Below are positions 25,208 to 34,347 of a stretch of 63,203 nt of DNA, one piece after another. Position numbers and translations under genes: made by a program. Under the pieces are notes generated by a model. It had not been told where the DNA came from, made no database searches, and saw only the letters and a program-made list of their open reading frames with translations. Positions within the stretch are counted from its first letter, which is position 1; each line of letters starts with the position of its first letter. Origin of the DNA: a virus. Its lineage: Duplodnaviria > Caudoviricetes. Location: positions 1-63,203 of the IMG/VR virus record IMGVR_UViG_3300043436_001856; one strand, given 5' to 3'.

Positions 25208-25395
25208 TATAACCCTTTTAATTCTGCTTCGTCAGGGCGTTCAATTTCCTTGAATTCAAGCCTATTGCCACCACGAATCTTTGCTAAATTTTTGCGAATA
25301 TCCTGTTCAATGGCATATAATTCCTGAAGTTTCTTTGTAAAAAATTCGTCTTGTTGGGACAATGTCCACTTATTGAATCCTTTTGGCATTCGCAT
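25207..25395 (-). CDS. Hypothetical protein
   Basis: 62 aa, conserved in copy B. Confidence 0.65.
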   Translation of the reverse strand: MRMPKGFNKWTLSQQDEFFTKKLQELYAIEQDIRKNLAKIRGGNRLEFKEIERPDEAELKGL

Positions 25396-25576
25396 CTGTT
25401 TTTAGTTTTATAAGTTTTTTTAAATAAATTGATAAGTCCAACGCTTCTTCGTAGGCGTGTTGTAACCAATCAATTTCCGTTAGGTCTGTTCTGTCCATTG
25501 TTGTACCGTATTCCTTAATTCCTTTGTCTTCACGTGCCAACAGGTCGTCAATAATTGTATATAGGATTTTGCTCAT
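25370..25576 (-). CDS. Small all-alpha NTP-pyrophosphatase-like protein
   Basis: RxxxGxxxYGTT...WLxHAxEExxDxxxYL. Confidence 0.55.
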   Translation of the reverse strand: MSKILYTIIDDLLAREDKGIKEYGTTMDRTDLTEIDWLQHAYEEALDLSIYLKKLIKLKTDANAKRIQ

Positions 25577-26328
25577 TATTTGTCTGTTTTAGAATGAAAT
25601 TTATTGCAAACTTTACATTTGTATTGAATACGGGTTAAGCCGGTTGCGGTTACAACTGAATTATTTTTTATAAGGTCTTCAGAACCCGCGCCACATTCAG
25701 GACACGAACCCCTGTCCTGACCAAATACAACGCCATAATGCGTCTTTGGTGCAATATGATTGCCTAATAATTTGTAAACTTCTTCTAATAATGAAACGTC
25801 CTTTTTACAGTATTTAATCATTTTTTCCATTGCAACCTTGTCTTTGTTCAATAAAATATCCTTCCAAAGATTGAATTCGGTTTTAATTTTTCCGCCTAAA
25901 CCTAAAAATTCAGCAATGTAATTTAATCTGTTTGATTGAAAACGGAATTTTGAACGGGCAACCTTTAGCGTGTCAATTGTTTGATAATTTGGGAACATAT
26001 CAATCCCGTGAAACAAACAACGGGTTCTAATCCAAGCCAAATCAAATTTGTCGCCATTGTGACCAACCAATTCATTAGCAGTATTTGCAACCGCAATAAA
26101 CTGTTCCAACATTCTTTTATCATTCTGTTTGGCGTCCCATTGTAAAGCATAAACTTCTTTTTCGTCTTCCCATTTATAGCAAATGCAAATAATTGCACGT
26201 TCGCGAATAATGTTGTCTGTTGTAATATTCTTTTTGTAACCGGCTTCCCAAAATAATCCAATATTGGGTGAAGTTTCAATGTCAAAAAATAGTCTGCGGC
26301 GTTTTGTTTTTAGGTTTGTTTTTGTCAT
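25576..26328 (-). CDS. RNase H-fold 3'-5' exonuclease (YprB/PolB-exo-like) with C-terminal Zn ribbon
   Basis: FDIET, GHNGDKFD, YCKKDV; CPEC...CKVC. Confidence 0.85.
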   Translation of the reverse strand: MTKTNLKTKRRRLFFDIETSPNIGLFWEAGYKKNITTDNIIRERAIICICYKWEDEKEVYALQWDAKQNDKRMLEQFIAVANTANELVGHNGDKFDLAWIRTRCLFHGIDMFPNYQTIDTLKVARSKFRFQSNRLNYIAEFLGLGGKIKTEFNLWKDILLNKDKVAMEKMIKYCKKDVSLLEEVYKLLGNHIAPKTHYGVVFGQDRGSCPECGAGSEDLIKNNSVVTATGLTRIQYKCKVCNKFHSKTDK

Positions 26329-26335
26329 ATTAGGT

Positions 26336-26842
26336 TTAAATTAGAACGAATCCGTTTTTGTCAACTTTGTTTTGGGTGTGCAACAATTGCAGTTCTTTTA
26401 TTGACTTCCCAAATGTTTTTTGAAAGTGTGGCATATCAATAAACTTCCAATCTCCACCCCATTCGTAACCGTATCGTTTAAAAATATTGACAACTTCAAT
26501 CCAATCCGCTTTGCCGTCCTTGTCAAAATCTGTTTTTGTGTCCCAACTCGCAGTTTCAAAAGTTCCATTTTTATCTTTGTCAACTAACAAAACAATATCA
26601 ATTGCTAAACCGTAATTATGATACGATTGACCGCCTTTTGCATTTGTAACCTTTGCGCCCGGTTTTGTACGACCTTGCGCGTATAACCCGTCCTGTTCTG
26701 CAAATGTTCGTAATGTATAAGCAAAACGACAGGCTGCATAACCTGACAATGAAGAAACAATTTCGTCGTAAATTTCCAAAGCTTCGTCCCTTAATTTAGG
26801 GTGAAGTAATTTAATTCGTTCAAGTGTTTTTTCGTCCTTCAT
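26336..26842 (-). CDS. Endolysin, M15 (L-Ala-D-Glu-type) peptidase
   Basis: RTxxEQxxLYAQGR, SYHNYGLAID, WGGDW...DxPHFQ. Confidence 0.9.
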   Translation of the reverse strand: MKDEKTLERIKLLHPKLRDEALEIYDEIVSSLSGYAACRFAYTLRTFAEQDGLYAQGRTKPGAKVTNAKGGQSYHNYGLAIDIVLLVDKDKNGTFETASWDTKTDFDKDGKADWIEVVNIFKRYGYEWGGDWKFIDMPHFQKTFGKSIKELQLLHTQNKVDKNGFVLI

Positions 26843-26844
26843 TT

Positions 26845-27033
26845 TTAATCCTTTTTAAATATTTTTTCCGCCATTGTATATCCAAATGCCGCACCCGCCA
26901 AAGCGCCAACTGTATAAACCAAAGCATCTGTTGGCGTATGTATCAATTTAGCACAAAGCGCAATCGTACATAAAAACCCACAAAGGCGTTTCATACTTAA
27001 ACGGTCGCTATCTTCTGTAAAAAATTGTTTCAT
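26845..27033 (-). CDS. Holin-like two-TM protein, copy A allele
   Basis: 62 aa, SMKRL plus two hydrophobic helices, directly upstream of the endolysin. Confidence 0.55.
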   Translation of the reverse strand: MKQFFTEDSDRLSMKRLCGFLCTIALCAKLIHTPTDALVYTVGALAGAAFGYTMAEKIFKKD

Positions 27034-27034
27034 A

Positions 27035-27577
27035 TTAAAACTTTAAATAATATCCTAAAGAATATCCGTTTGTTGTTGCGTTTGCCGTTATAACGCCTTT
27101 TTTTGGCGTCTTAATTGCTATGCCAACACCAACACCCAATTGTCTGTTATCCTGTCGCATATCCCCTAAAAAGCCAAAGTAAACCGCAGTTCTGTCTTTA
27201 GGTTGTATCGTCTTTGTGACGTAAACTGTCTTTTCGCTTAATTTGGCGCTAAATCCACGTCCTAAAATTCTGTTTTGGCTTATTGTGTCCTGAACATATA
27301 CGACATTATTGGTATCAATGTTAATCGTATCTGAATACGCATAAACACGGCTATAATCGGATATTATTTTAACTGTGTCGTGTACGTAATTCTGTACGGA
27401 ATCGGTTTTAATAACATAAGAATAAATATCATTACCCTTTTTGTACTTCGTAAAAGTTTTCTGTTGGTAAACTGTATCGTGTATAAAAGTTACCGAACCT
27501 TTATTATAAACAGGTTTTGTAAATAAAAATAGAATAACCACAACCAATAAAATTGCAATTACTATATTTTTAGTCAT
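27035..27577 (-). CDS. Membrane-anchored lysis-cassette protein (spanin candidate)
   Basis: N-terminal TM, repeated D-T/S motifs, C-terminal amphipathic strands ending GYYLKF. Confidence 0.55.
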   Translation of the reverse strand: MTKNIVIAILLVVVILFLFTKPVYNKGSVTFIHDTVYQQKTFTKYKKGNDIYSYVIKTDSVQNYVHDTVKIISDYSRVYAYSDTINIDTNNVVYVQDTISQNRILGRGFSAKLSEKTVYVTKTIQPKDRTAVYFGFLGDMRQDNRQLGVGVGIAIKTPKKGVITANATTNGYSLGYYLKF

Positions 27578-27749
27578 TTTTTACCTTTTTAGTTGCGTTG
27601 TAATAATAGCGTATCGCCATAATACCCGAAACAATAGCGACCAAACCCGCTAACAATGTGACAACAGGTTGTATTGTTGTAACGCTTACAATTGCACCAA
27701 TTGTGCTAACTAATACATTCAAATCCGCTTGGTCGCTATGTTGTGCCAT
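27570..27749 (-). CDS. Holin-like protein (59 aa, below the track cutoff)
   Basis: MAQHSDQAD...VTLLAGLVAIVSGIMAIRYYYNATKK; orthologue at 59201..59380. Confidence 0.6.
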   Translation of the reverse strand: MAQHSDQADLNVLVSTIGAIVSVTTIQPVVTLLAGLVAIVSGIMAIRYYYNATKKVKND

Positions 27750-27752
27750 ATT

Positions 27753-28148
27753 TTAAAGTTCTTCTTCTGTTATAAATTCAATGCCTGTTAACCAATCCTT
27801 TAGAAAAGTAAATTCTTCTAAACCTGCGGGATTAACAACAGGAATTTTTGTAAATTCAAATTCTTTTTGTCCCAATTCTTTTAATTGAACCATAAGTTTT
27901 TTTAAACCTTCTTTACTAAACTTGTATTCCCCCTTTTCGTCTAATAATAAAACACCTTTTTCGTCTGTTGAAGCATTATCAATACGCAATTCTTCAGCTT
28001 GTTTATTATATTCTTCGTGATTCTTTTTTACTTTTTCGTAAATTTTAGCTAACTTTTTGCCAATCTTTGTTTCTTTGTCTTTAATTGTTGAAACTTTAAT
28101 TGCCGTGTTTAAATTTCCAATAAGTTCATTTAGTTTTTCGTAAGTCAT
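27753..28148 (-). CDS. Hypothetical coiled-coil protein
   Basis: 131 aa; C-terminal half conserved, N-terminus diverged in copy B. Confidence 0.65.
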   Translation of the reverse strand: MTYEKLNELIGNLNTAIKVSTIKDKETKIGKKLAKIYEKVKKNHEEYNKQAEELRIDNASTDEKGVLLLDEKGEYKFSKEGLKKLMVQLKELGQKEFEFTKIPVVNPAGLEEFTFLKDWLTGIEFITEEEL

Positions 28149-28153
28149 AAATT

Positions 28154-28561
28154 TTATTTAATTATTAATAATATTAGTAAAATTAATACTTTTATCAATG
28201 CCGAAGCATATTCAGGCTTTATTTTTATAAATTCTGCAATCTTACGAATAAATAAGTCTGTTTGCGCCGTTTGACCAACATAAAATGCCGGTCTTTTTAA
28301 AACAATAACATTGCAAAGAATATCAAAGCCAAACCAAAATGCAGTCGCAAAAAATACCATTGAAAAGAACCCATAAAGCGACCATACCAAAACATAAACT
28401 GACAAATGGTTTATACCCTTCCAAATATGCCATTTTTTATTGTGTTCGTATGCATTATGCGAATCGATTGCGTAAAGGTCGCGTTCTAAAAATTGGTGCT
28501 TTTGATATAAGACCCAACTAATTAAGTGAACTAAAAATACTATTGTTAAAAATATTGTCAT
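28154..28561 (-). CDS. Hypothetical membrane protein
   Basis: 135 aa, several hydrophobic segments, conserved in copy B. Confidence 0.65.
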   Translation of the reverse strand: MTIFLTIVFLVHLISWVLYQKHQFLERDLYAIDSHNAYEHNKKWHIWKGINHLSVYVLVWSLYGFFSMVFFATAFWFGFDILCNVIVLKRPAFYVGQTAQTDLFIRKIAEFIKIKPEYASALIKVLILLILLIIK

Positions 28562-30876
28562 TATTTAGCTTTTAAAATGTTTATTTCAGCTTTTAATTCT
28601 TGAATTGCTTTTGCTAAAATTGGCGTTAACAAAGAATAATCAACACCTTGCGATTTTATATTACCTTCTTCGTCAATATCGTCTTTTTCACCAACAACTG
28701 CGTAAGGTATTACTTCTTTTAATTCGTGAGCAAGTACACCATACATTCTTGAATTATTTAATTTCCAAGAAAAGTCATATAATTTAATATCTGATAATAA
28801 TTTTAAAGCATCAAAATCTTTTAAATCTTCTTTTAATCTATAATCTGAAGAAGTATTAAATTGTGCATTTGTTGTGTTACTTGAAATTGAACCAATAACA
28901 TTACCACCATTTCCAAGAATAACGTGACTTAACCCTGAACCGCTTCCCCTATTCATATAATATATTCCATTAATACCTATTGACGTTGCATTTGCATTAA
29001 CTGTTGCAACAGACGTTTGGTTTAAGAATATATTACCATAATTTATTTGGTTGCCGTCACTTGTTATCTTCATTCTATCTACAAAAGTAGCATTAGAATT
29101 AGCACTTCCACTTTCAGCACTTTGAAATGTAAATTCCTTGTTTACAATTTCTAATTTAGCAGCAAGTCCTGTTGAAATATATTTCCAATTCGTTCCATCA
29201 TAAAATGCATTATTGTTTATGTATAATTCAGGATTACCTGTTCTTACATATAATGATGCATTTTTAAATTGATAACCGGTATAACTTGCACCAACCCCCC
29301 AAGCGGAAGGAATAACACCAAAACCCATATTACCATTACCTTCTATTGTTAAAGCAACCGTGCCACCACCAATACCAAATTTCATATTAGTTTCTGAACG
29401 AATGCCTAAACCTAAACCGCCGCCTGTCATTAATCCATTTTGCGTTCCAATATATCCTACAACAGTAGAATTATTGTAAATTAAAGGAATATTTATGGTT
29501 GTTGCGTTAGATGTTTTAAATGTTACAGATTCAGCAGTTGTACCACTAAATGTTGCAGCACCATTACCCGCTAAAGAAAATGCAGGTGTTGTAAATGTTG
29601 AACCCCCTGAAGTTGTTGAAGGTGTAATATTAAATCCACTTCCGATATATGCAGTATCAATTTGCCAATTTGTTCCACCTGACCAACCTAATAATTGTAA
29701 TGCAGCACCTGCATTTCCTGATGCAATACCTAATTTTAATAATCCATTTGTGGTAACCTGTGAACCCGTACCCATAAAAATAGTACTACTAAATACTGCA
29801 CTTGTTCCATTTAAATTTGAACTAAAACTTTTTACACCACCAATTGATTGTGTTGTTGTTAAATCAACAAAATTTTGCGTTATTGACCCTGTTCCGCCAT
29901 TTGAAATTGACAAAGCATTTGTAAGCGTTAAACTTTTTATTGTCGTAACGCCTGTTGAACGAACAATTGACAAAGGTGTTTCAATTAATGAACCTGCGTC
30001 TGTATATGTACGAATAAACAAATCCGCACCTACATTTGAACCTGATTCTGTTCCACTTACTTCTAAATTTATTCTATTACTATTGTCTGAACGGAAACTA
30101 ATTGATTTTGCAACAGAAACGTTTGCGTCTAAATTAGCAATTAAAGCATTTGCGCCGCCGTCAATATGTATTTTTGTTGTTGGGTTTGCGATACCAATAC
30201 CAAATTCACCTGTTTGTAAAACTGAAACTAATTCGCTTGTTGTTGCTTCATTATAAATTCTAAATCTATGGTCAGACTGAACATTGCCAATTGACCATTT
30301 GTTAGTTCCCGCACTTGCAAAACCTAAAAAAGCGTTGTTTGTTGAAGTTCCGTTTAAACGTCCAATAATGCCTGAACCAAAAACGTCCAATGCAGTTGTT
30401 GGCGCATTTGTGTTAATACCCAATCTGTTATTAGTATCGTCAAAAAACAAGTTTGCATTGTCCTGACTTAATGCACCCGAAGCACCTATAAAAGGTACTG
30501 AACCCGTCGTTAATGCCGTTGTAATTGTCAAAGTTGCAACAGAACCAACCAAACTAATATTACCGTCAAACCCGTTTGCGTCACTAAATACCAATGAATT
30601 GATAATGTTTGGCGATAATTCAACGTAAGAAGTCAAACCTGTGTCCCAACGGTATAAAACGTTTGTATCTAAAGCAATGTAAATTGTGTCAGCAACACCA
30701 ACCAAAGGAAATGCCGCAACGTTTGCGTATTCTTCAACTGTACCTGTAAATAAAGACGCCATTTGTGAAAGCGTAATTTTTTTACTTATACCTGTTGACG
30801 GGTCGCCAATAATTGTCAAGTCAGACAAAGACGGCGTTAATTCGGTCGCTAATTGATTAATTTTCTTTGATTCCAT
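28561..30876 (-). CDS. Tail fibre/receptor-binding protein with S74 intramolecular chaperone
   Basis: RLGIxT/GIGIANP repeats; SDYRLK cleavage motif, GVLAHE, VDYS, AIQEL. Confidence 0.85.
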   Translation of the reverse strand: MESKKINQLATELTPSLSDLTIIGDPSTGISKKITLSQMASLFTGTVEEYANVAAFPLVGVADTIYIALDTNVLYRWDTGLTSYVELSPNIINSLVFSDANGFDGNISLVGSVATLTITTALTTGSVPFIGASGALSQDNANLFFDDTNNRLGINTNAPTTALDVFGSGIIGRLNGTSTNNAFLGFASAGTNKWSIGNVQSDHRFRIYNEATTSELVSVLQTGEFGIGIANPTTKIHIDGGANALIANLDANVSVAKSISFRSDNSNRINLEVSGTESGSNVGADLFIRTYTDAGSLIETPLSIVRSTGVTTIKSLTLTNALSISNGGTGSITQNFVDLTTTQSIGGVKSFSSNLNGTSAVFSSTIFMGTGSQVTTNGLLKLGIASGNAGAALQLLGWSGGTNWQIDTAYIGSGFNITPSTTSGGSTFTTPAFSLAGNGAATFSGTTAESVTFKTSNATTINIPLIYNNSTVVGYIGTQNGLMTGGGLGLGIRSETNMKFGIGGGTVALTIEGNGNMGFGVIPSAWGVGASYTGYQFKNASLYVRTGNPELYINNNAFYDGTNWKYISTGLAAKLEIVNKEFTFQSAESGSANSNATFVDRMKITSDGNQINYGNIFLNQTSVATVNANATSIGINGIYYMNRGSGSGLSHVILGNGGNVIGSISSNTTNAQFNTSSDYRLKEDLKDFDALKLLSDIKLYDFSWKLNNSRMYGVLAHELKEVIPYAVVGEKDDIDEEGNIKSQGVDYSLLTPILAKAIQELKAEINILKAK

Positions 30877-31325
30877 TAATAAGTATAATTTGAAGGTACT
30901 TCACACCTGTTGTTAATAAATGGCACGGTCAAAATTGCGTCTAATTTTACACCTGCTAATAAATCCGGGTCGCTTTCTGTATAAAATGTCACAGGTAAAT
31001 TTTGGTTCAATGTCCAATTCACAATTGAATAATCTGTTGGAAAACGCAACTGCGCAACAATGTCACCGGCAACCTGTGTCATATCTGATAAAACTTCAGT
31101 TTCGTTTGTTTCTTCCATTAACATTCTGTCCATAAAATAAAGACTGAACGAATAACTAATTTCCTTTGCTGCAACGTTCGCACCTGTTAAGGTCATAAAC
31201 ATTGCAGGATAAGTTACTTCGCCGTTACTTAAACGTTCCCAAACGTCACCGAAATAAACAAAATTAATTTGTTCGTGGGCGTTTCCTATCGTTGTCAGTT
31301 CTTTGACTATTTGGTTTAATGTCAT
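30876..31325 (-). CDS. Putative tail terminator protein
   Basis: 149 aa with GD...YP pattern following the adaptor; function inferred from position. Confidence 0.55.
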   Translation of the reverse strand: MTLNQIVKELTTIGNAHEQINFVYFGDVWERLSNGEVTYPAMFMTLTGANVAAKEISYSFSLYFMDRMLMEETNETEVLSDMTQVAGDIVAQLRFPTDYSIVNWTLNQNLPVTFYTESDPDLLAGVKLDAILTVPFINNRCEVPSNYTY

Positions 31326-31392
31326 TCTTTTTTTCTTTTGCCAAATAAACTTTAAGCTTATTTTGGTTTTTAATGTTTACTTGTTTACTCAT
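31264..31392 (-). CDS. 42-aa basic ORF overlapping the tail terminator start
   Basis: MSKQVNIKNQNKLKVYLAKEKKND...; ATG 3 nt after the adaptor stop; the same start is at 112. Confidence 0.5.
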   Translation of the reverse strand: MSKQVNIKNQNKLKVYLAKEKKNDIKPNSQRTDNDRKRPRTN

Positions 31393-31395
31393 ATT

Positions 31396-31992
31396 TTAGC
31401 AACAACCGATATTACCCTGATACCTTTCTTCAAAAGACTTTTTACTTTTGCCGTCCCAACCGTCACCGCAACAACCATTGTCGCCCAACCACATTGAAAC
31501 CGTGTACCCTTCGTTGTCAGGTTTAATTGAATCAATGCCTGAACCAAAGTTTAAGTAATTTGGATATGAAGCGTTGTTTTGTTTTAAGTATTTAATAAGT
31601 CTTTGTTTGTAGAATTCAGCGCGCGCGCGGTATCTATTCGCCACGTCAATCATATCCTGCATTGAAGGGGATTCCTGATTTTCGCCTGTTTTTCTTATTA
31701 ACCCTTTATTGTAAAACTGATATGATAAACCTTGCGGTAATTCAGACATAACATAATAAATCAAACAATCCACAATGTAATCGTCCAATAATGTCGTCTG
31801 TAATGCAGTAAATGCGTTTGCTTCAACTGCGTCCTGTAATTCATTGTAAAGTGCTGAACCTAAAGCCGGCAAAATATACATATCCTGCGCGGTTTTAATT
31901 TCAGGCAAAACCAATTTTTCGTCCACGTTTGCGTGTAAGCCGGTTCTGTCCTTTATTGACTGTACTGATATAAATAACGTGTTTTTGCTCAT
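31396..31992 (-). CDS. Putative head-tail adaptor (copy B)
   Basis: Orthologue of 116..712. Confidence 0.55.
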   Translation of the reverse strand: MSKNTLFISVQSIKDRTGLHANVDEKLVLPEIKTAQDMYILPALGSALYNELQDAVEANAFTALQTTLLDDYIVDCLIYYVMSELPQGLSYQFYNKGLIRKTGENQESPSMQDMIDVANRYRARAEFYKQRLIKYLKQNNASYPNYLNFGSGIDSIKPDNEGYTVSMWLGDNGCCGDGWDGKSKKSFEERYQGNIGCC

Positions 31993-31993
31993 T

Positions 31994-33790
31994 TTATTTT
32001 CGTGTTACTATGTTTGAAACCCATTGGTGTCTGCAACTTGGTTCGTGTTCGTTAGTTCCCGGCTTTGTGTACCAACCGCCACCCCTATCCCAAACAGAAT
32101 ATCCAAGTCGTGCGCTTATTTGTTCAATTTCAGAACGTGAATACATTTTATTTGCATCTAATAAAGCAACACAAAACGGGCGGCTTGTTTTTTTGTCCGT
32201 ATTATTGAACCCTTGCTTCCATTCGTAAGAATAACGAATTAATAATTCCTTTGTTGTCGGCTGAACCTTAACCAATATTTCATTCAATGGCTGCGTAAGC
32301 GTATGTTCAACAATTATGTTTTCGTCAATACCTTCGCCAATTGCGTATTCATTAACCTGAACGTAACCGTTTTCAACCAATGTTTTAATTACTAAATTGA
32401 TTGTGTCAACGTTCTGATCAAGTGTTGTCGCCAATACTTCAGGCGTTATTCTTTTGTCCTTTGCGATCAAATCCAATACGTTTGCCTGTAATTGACTTAC
32501 GTCTGCAAACATTTGGTATTCTGAATCGTCGTTAAAGCGTGTTTTTTGCTTCCAAACATTGAAGCCGTCCTTTGCTTCGCCAAACTCATAAAAGGCGCTG
32601 AAATCGTCTTTAAACTGCGCTGATTGTACAACCGGAACTGTATCTTCAGGTGCTTCGTATTTAGACATATCAATTCCCGCCTTTTCAAGTAACCATTCTT
32701 TAGGCGCAATTTCCTTCAATAAGTTTTCTGTGAACTCAAATCCAATTGGTTCTGTTGGTATAATAGTCAATTCAGGATTTTGTACGCCTCTGAATTTAGC
32801 CAACATATTAAACACCCCTTCAAGGTGCATTTGCTTACTATTTACGTAAGTATTTTTAAATATTTCGTAACCGTCGCGCATTTCAGAACGTGAACCTAAT
32901 TTTCCCGCTTCTGCAATACCGAATATTGACGGCGTTGTAATTTGGTGACCTGAAAATATATTAGTCTGAATTAAAGAATCCACGCGACCAAAGTCTTCTT
33001 TTGTAATATCTGAAGCGCCTAAATCGTCAATAATTGGTTTACGTTGGCTATCGTTTACAAATGCCAAAATAAACTTTTTACCGTCTGATCCGCTAAACCT
33101 ATTTGAAAAACGCTTTTCAATATTGCGCTTTTCTTCGTCTGAAGGTTCGCCGTTAGGTAATGTAATTAATTTAGACGCTGAAAACCCTGTTTGCGCATTT
33201 CCCAAAACGTGCTTACTAATTTCAATATCTGATTCGATATAATTTAATGCACCAAAGTAGCCGGGCAGGCTATAAATACCCATATTCGGGCGGTATTCCT
33301 TAACATATAGAATTTGCTTACCAACAGGGTTTGCAGGGTTAAATGCAGCGTAAACAGTTTGTTTTTCGTTTCTGTCCTTCCAATCTTCTTTGTACCAAAA
33401 CTGTGTATTGTCTTTATTTGTTCTAATCTTTGTGTAATCCAAATGCCAAATTTCAGCCAATTGTTTTGTAACTGACCAAATAATTTCCAAGTAATACCCA
33501 CCAAACAATTCCGCGTCCAAACTCACCTTCCTTGTAATTTCATCCAAAGATTCCATTCTGTTAACCTTCTGAATAAAGTTTTCAGCTTCAGGACTTCCCT
33601 TCCAACCGTTTGCGGTTATGTAATGCACCTTGCTTTTAACAATGGCGTTATGTTTAGCCGACTTATTGAATAAGTCAACCAAATAATTAGGGTAATCGTT
33701 GCGGTCGCCGTACTGAATATACCCTTCACCCTTCTTTTCTTTGAATTCAGGTTGACGCGCTTCTGCAAATGTTAATACTCGTAAATCCAT
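31994..33790 (-). CDS. Portal protein with C-terminal extension (copy B)
   Basis: Orthologue of 714..2510. Confidence 0.8.
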   Translation of the reverse strand: MDLRVLTFAEARQPEFKEKKGEGYIQYGDRNDYPNYLVDLFNKSAKHNAIVKSKVHYITANGWKGSPEAENFIQKVNRMESLDEITRKVSLDAELFGGYYLEIIWSVTKQLAEIWHLDYTKIRTNKDNTQFWYKEDWKDRNEKQTVYAAFNPANPVGKQILYVKEYRPNMGIYSLPGYFGALNYIESDIEISKHVLGNAQTGFSASKLITLPNGEPSDEEKRNIEKRFSNRFSGSDGKKFILAFVNDSQRKPIIDDLGASDITKEDFGRVDSLIQTNIFSGHQITTPSIFGIAEAGKLGSRSEMRDGYEIFKNTYVNSKQMHLEGVFNMLAKFRGVQNPELTIIPTEPIGFEFTENLLKEIAPKEWLLEKAGIDMSKYEAPEDTVPVVQSAQFKDDFSAFYEFGEAKDGFNVWKQKTRFNDDSEYQMFADVSQLQANVLDLIAKDKRITPEVLATTLDQNVDTINLVIKTLVENGYVQVNEYAIGEGIDENIIVEHTLTQPLNEILVKVQPTTKELLIRYSYEWKQGFNNTDKKTSRPFCVALLDANKMYSRSEIEQISARLGYSVWDRGGGWYTKPGTNEHEPSCRHQWVSNIVTRK

Positions 33791-34164
33791 TATTGTCTGA
33801 TTGTGTAAGTGTCTGTTGTTTGATATTCCGTAAATTCAAAAGGCGTTCCAACCAATTCCATTATCCCCGATTCAACCATATTTAAGCCGGTCGGGTTGGT
33901 ATTGCTTGTACTTGTTTGCTCGTAAATTTCATAATCATATTGACCATTTAACGCAGTTCCAAAGTACGTGTTCGTCACAATGCTAAATTCATTGTAACGG
34001 TCTTTGTATTGGCTTATATCCGTAGCGTTTAACTTAACAAACTTTACTTCTGTGTTCGCGCTTCTATTCGTGAAAACAAATAAGTAATTTGGGTTTGTCA
34101 ATAACTGTTTTTCAGTTAGTGTTAAAATTATGCTTTGGGTTGCGCCCTTCGTTAACCTAATCAT
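33790..34164 (-). CDS. Virion structural protein (copy B)
   Basis: Orthologue of 2510..2884. Confidence 0.55.
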   Translation of the reverse strand: MIRLTKGATQSIILTLTEKQLLTNPNYLFVFTNRSANTEVKFVKLNATDISQYKDRYNEFSIVTNTYFGTALNGQYDYEIYEQTSTSNTNPTGLNMVESGIMELVGTPFEFTEYQTTDTYTIRQ

Positions 34165-34285
34165 ATACGTATATATAGCAGGAAATGCAATTTGTTGCAT
34201 ATAGGGGACAAATAAGCCTAATATGTAAAGCTTTTACTTTACTTTATGCCAATTTTAGTAAAGTTTTGCCTTTACTTTGTGACAT

Positions 34286-34319
34286 AAAAAAACCGCCGAA
34301 CCAATTAAGGAACGGCGGC
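34286..34319 (-). terminator. Intrinsic terminator after the major tail gene (copy B)
   Basis: CCGCCG/CGGCGG stem plus T-run; inner CG/CG pair changed to CC/GG. Confidence 0.8.
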
Positions 34320-34347
34320 AAACCTATAAACCTATTGAAAAACAAAC

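Larger units (their letters stand above)
1..31280 (-). mobile_element. Phage genome copy A (circularly permuted, 31,280 bp, probable Bacteroidota siphovirus)
   Basis: Full set of head, tail, packaging, lysis and replication genes on one strand; the sequence at position 1 recurs at 31281. Confidence 0.93.

Noticed and set aside
28561-30876. Diversity-generating retroelement acting on the fibre
   Set aside because: No reverse transcriptase and no TR/VR pair with adenine-specific mismatches; the variation is block replacement
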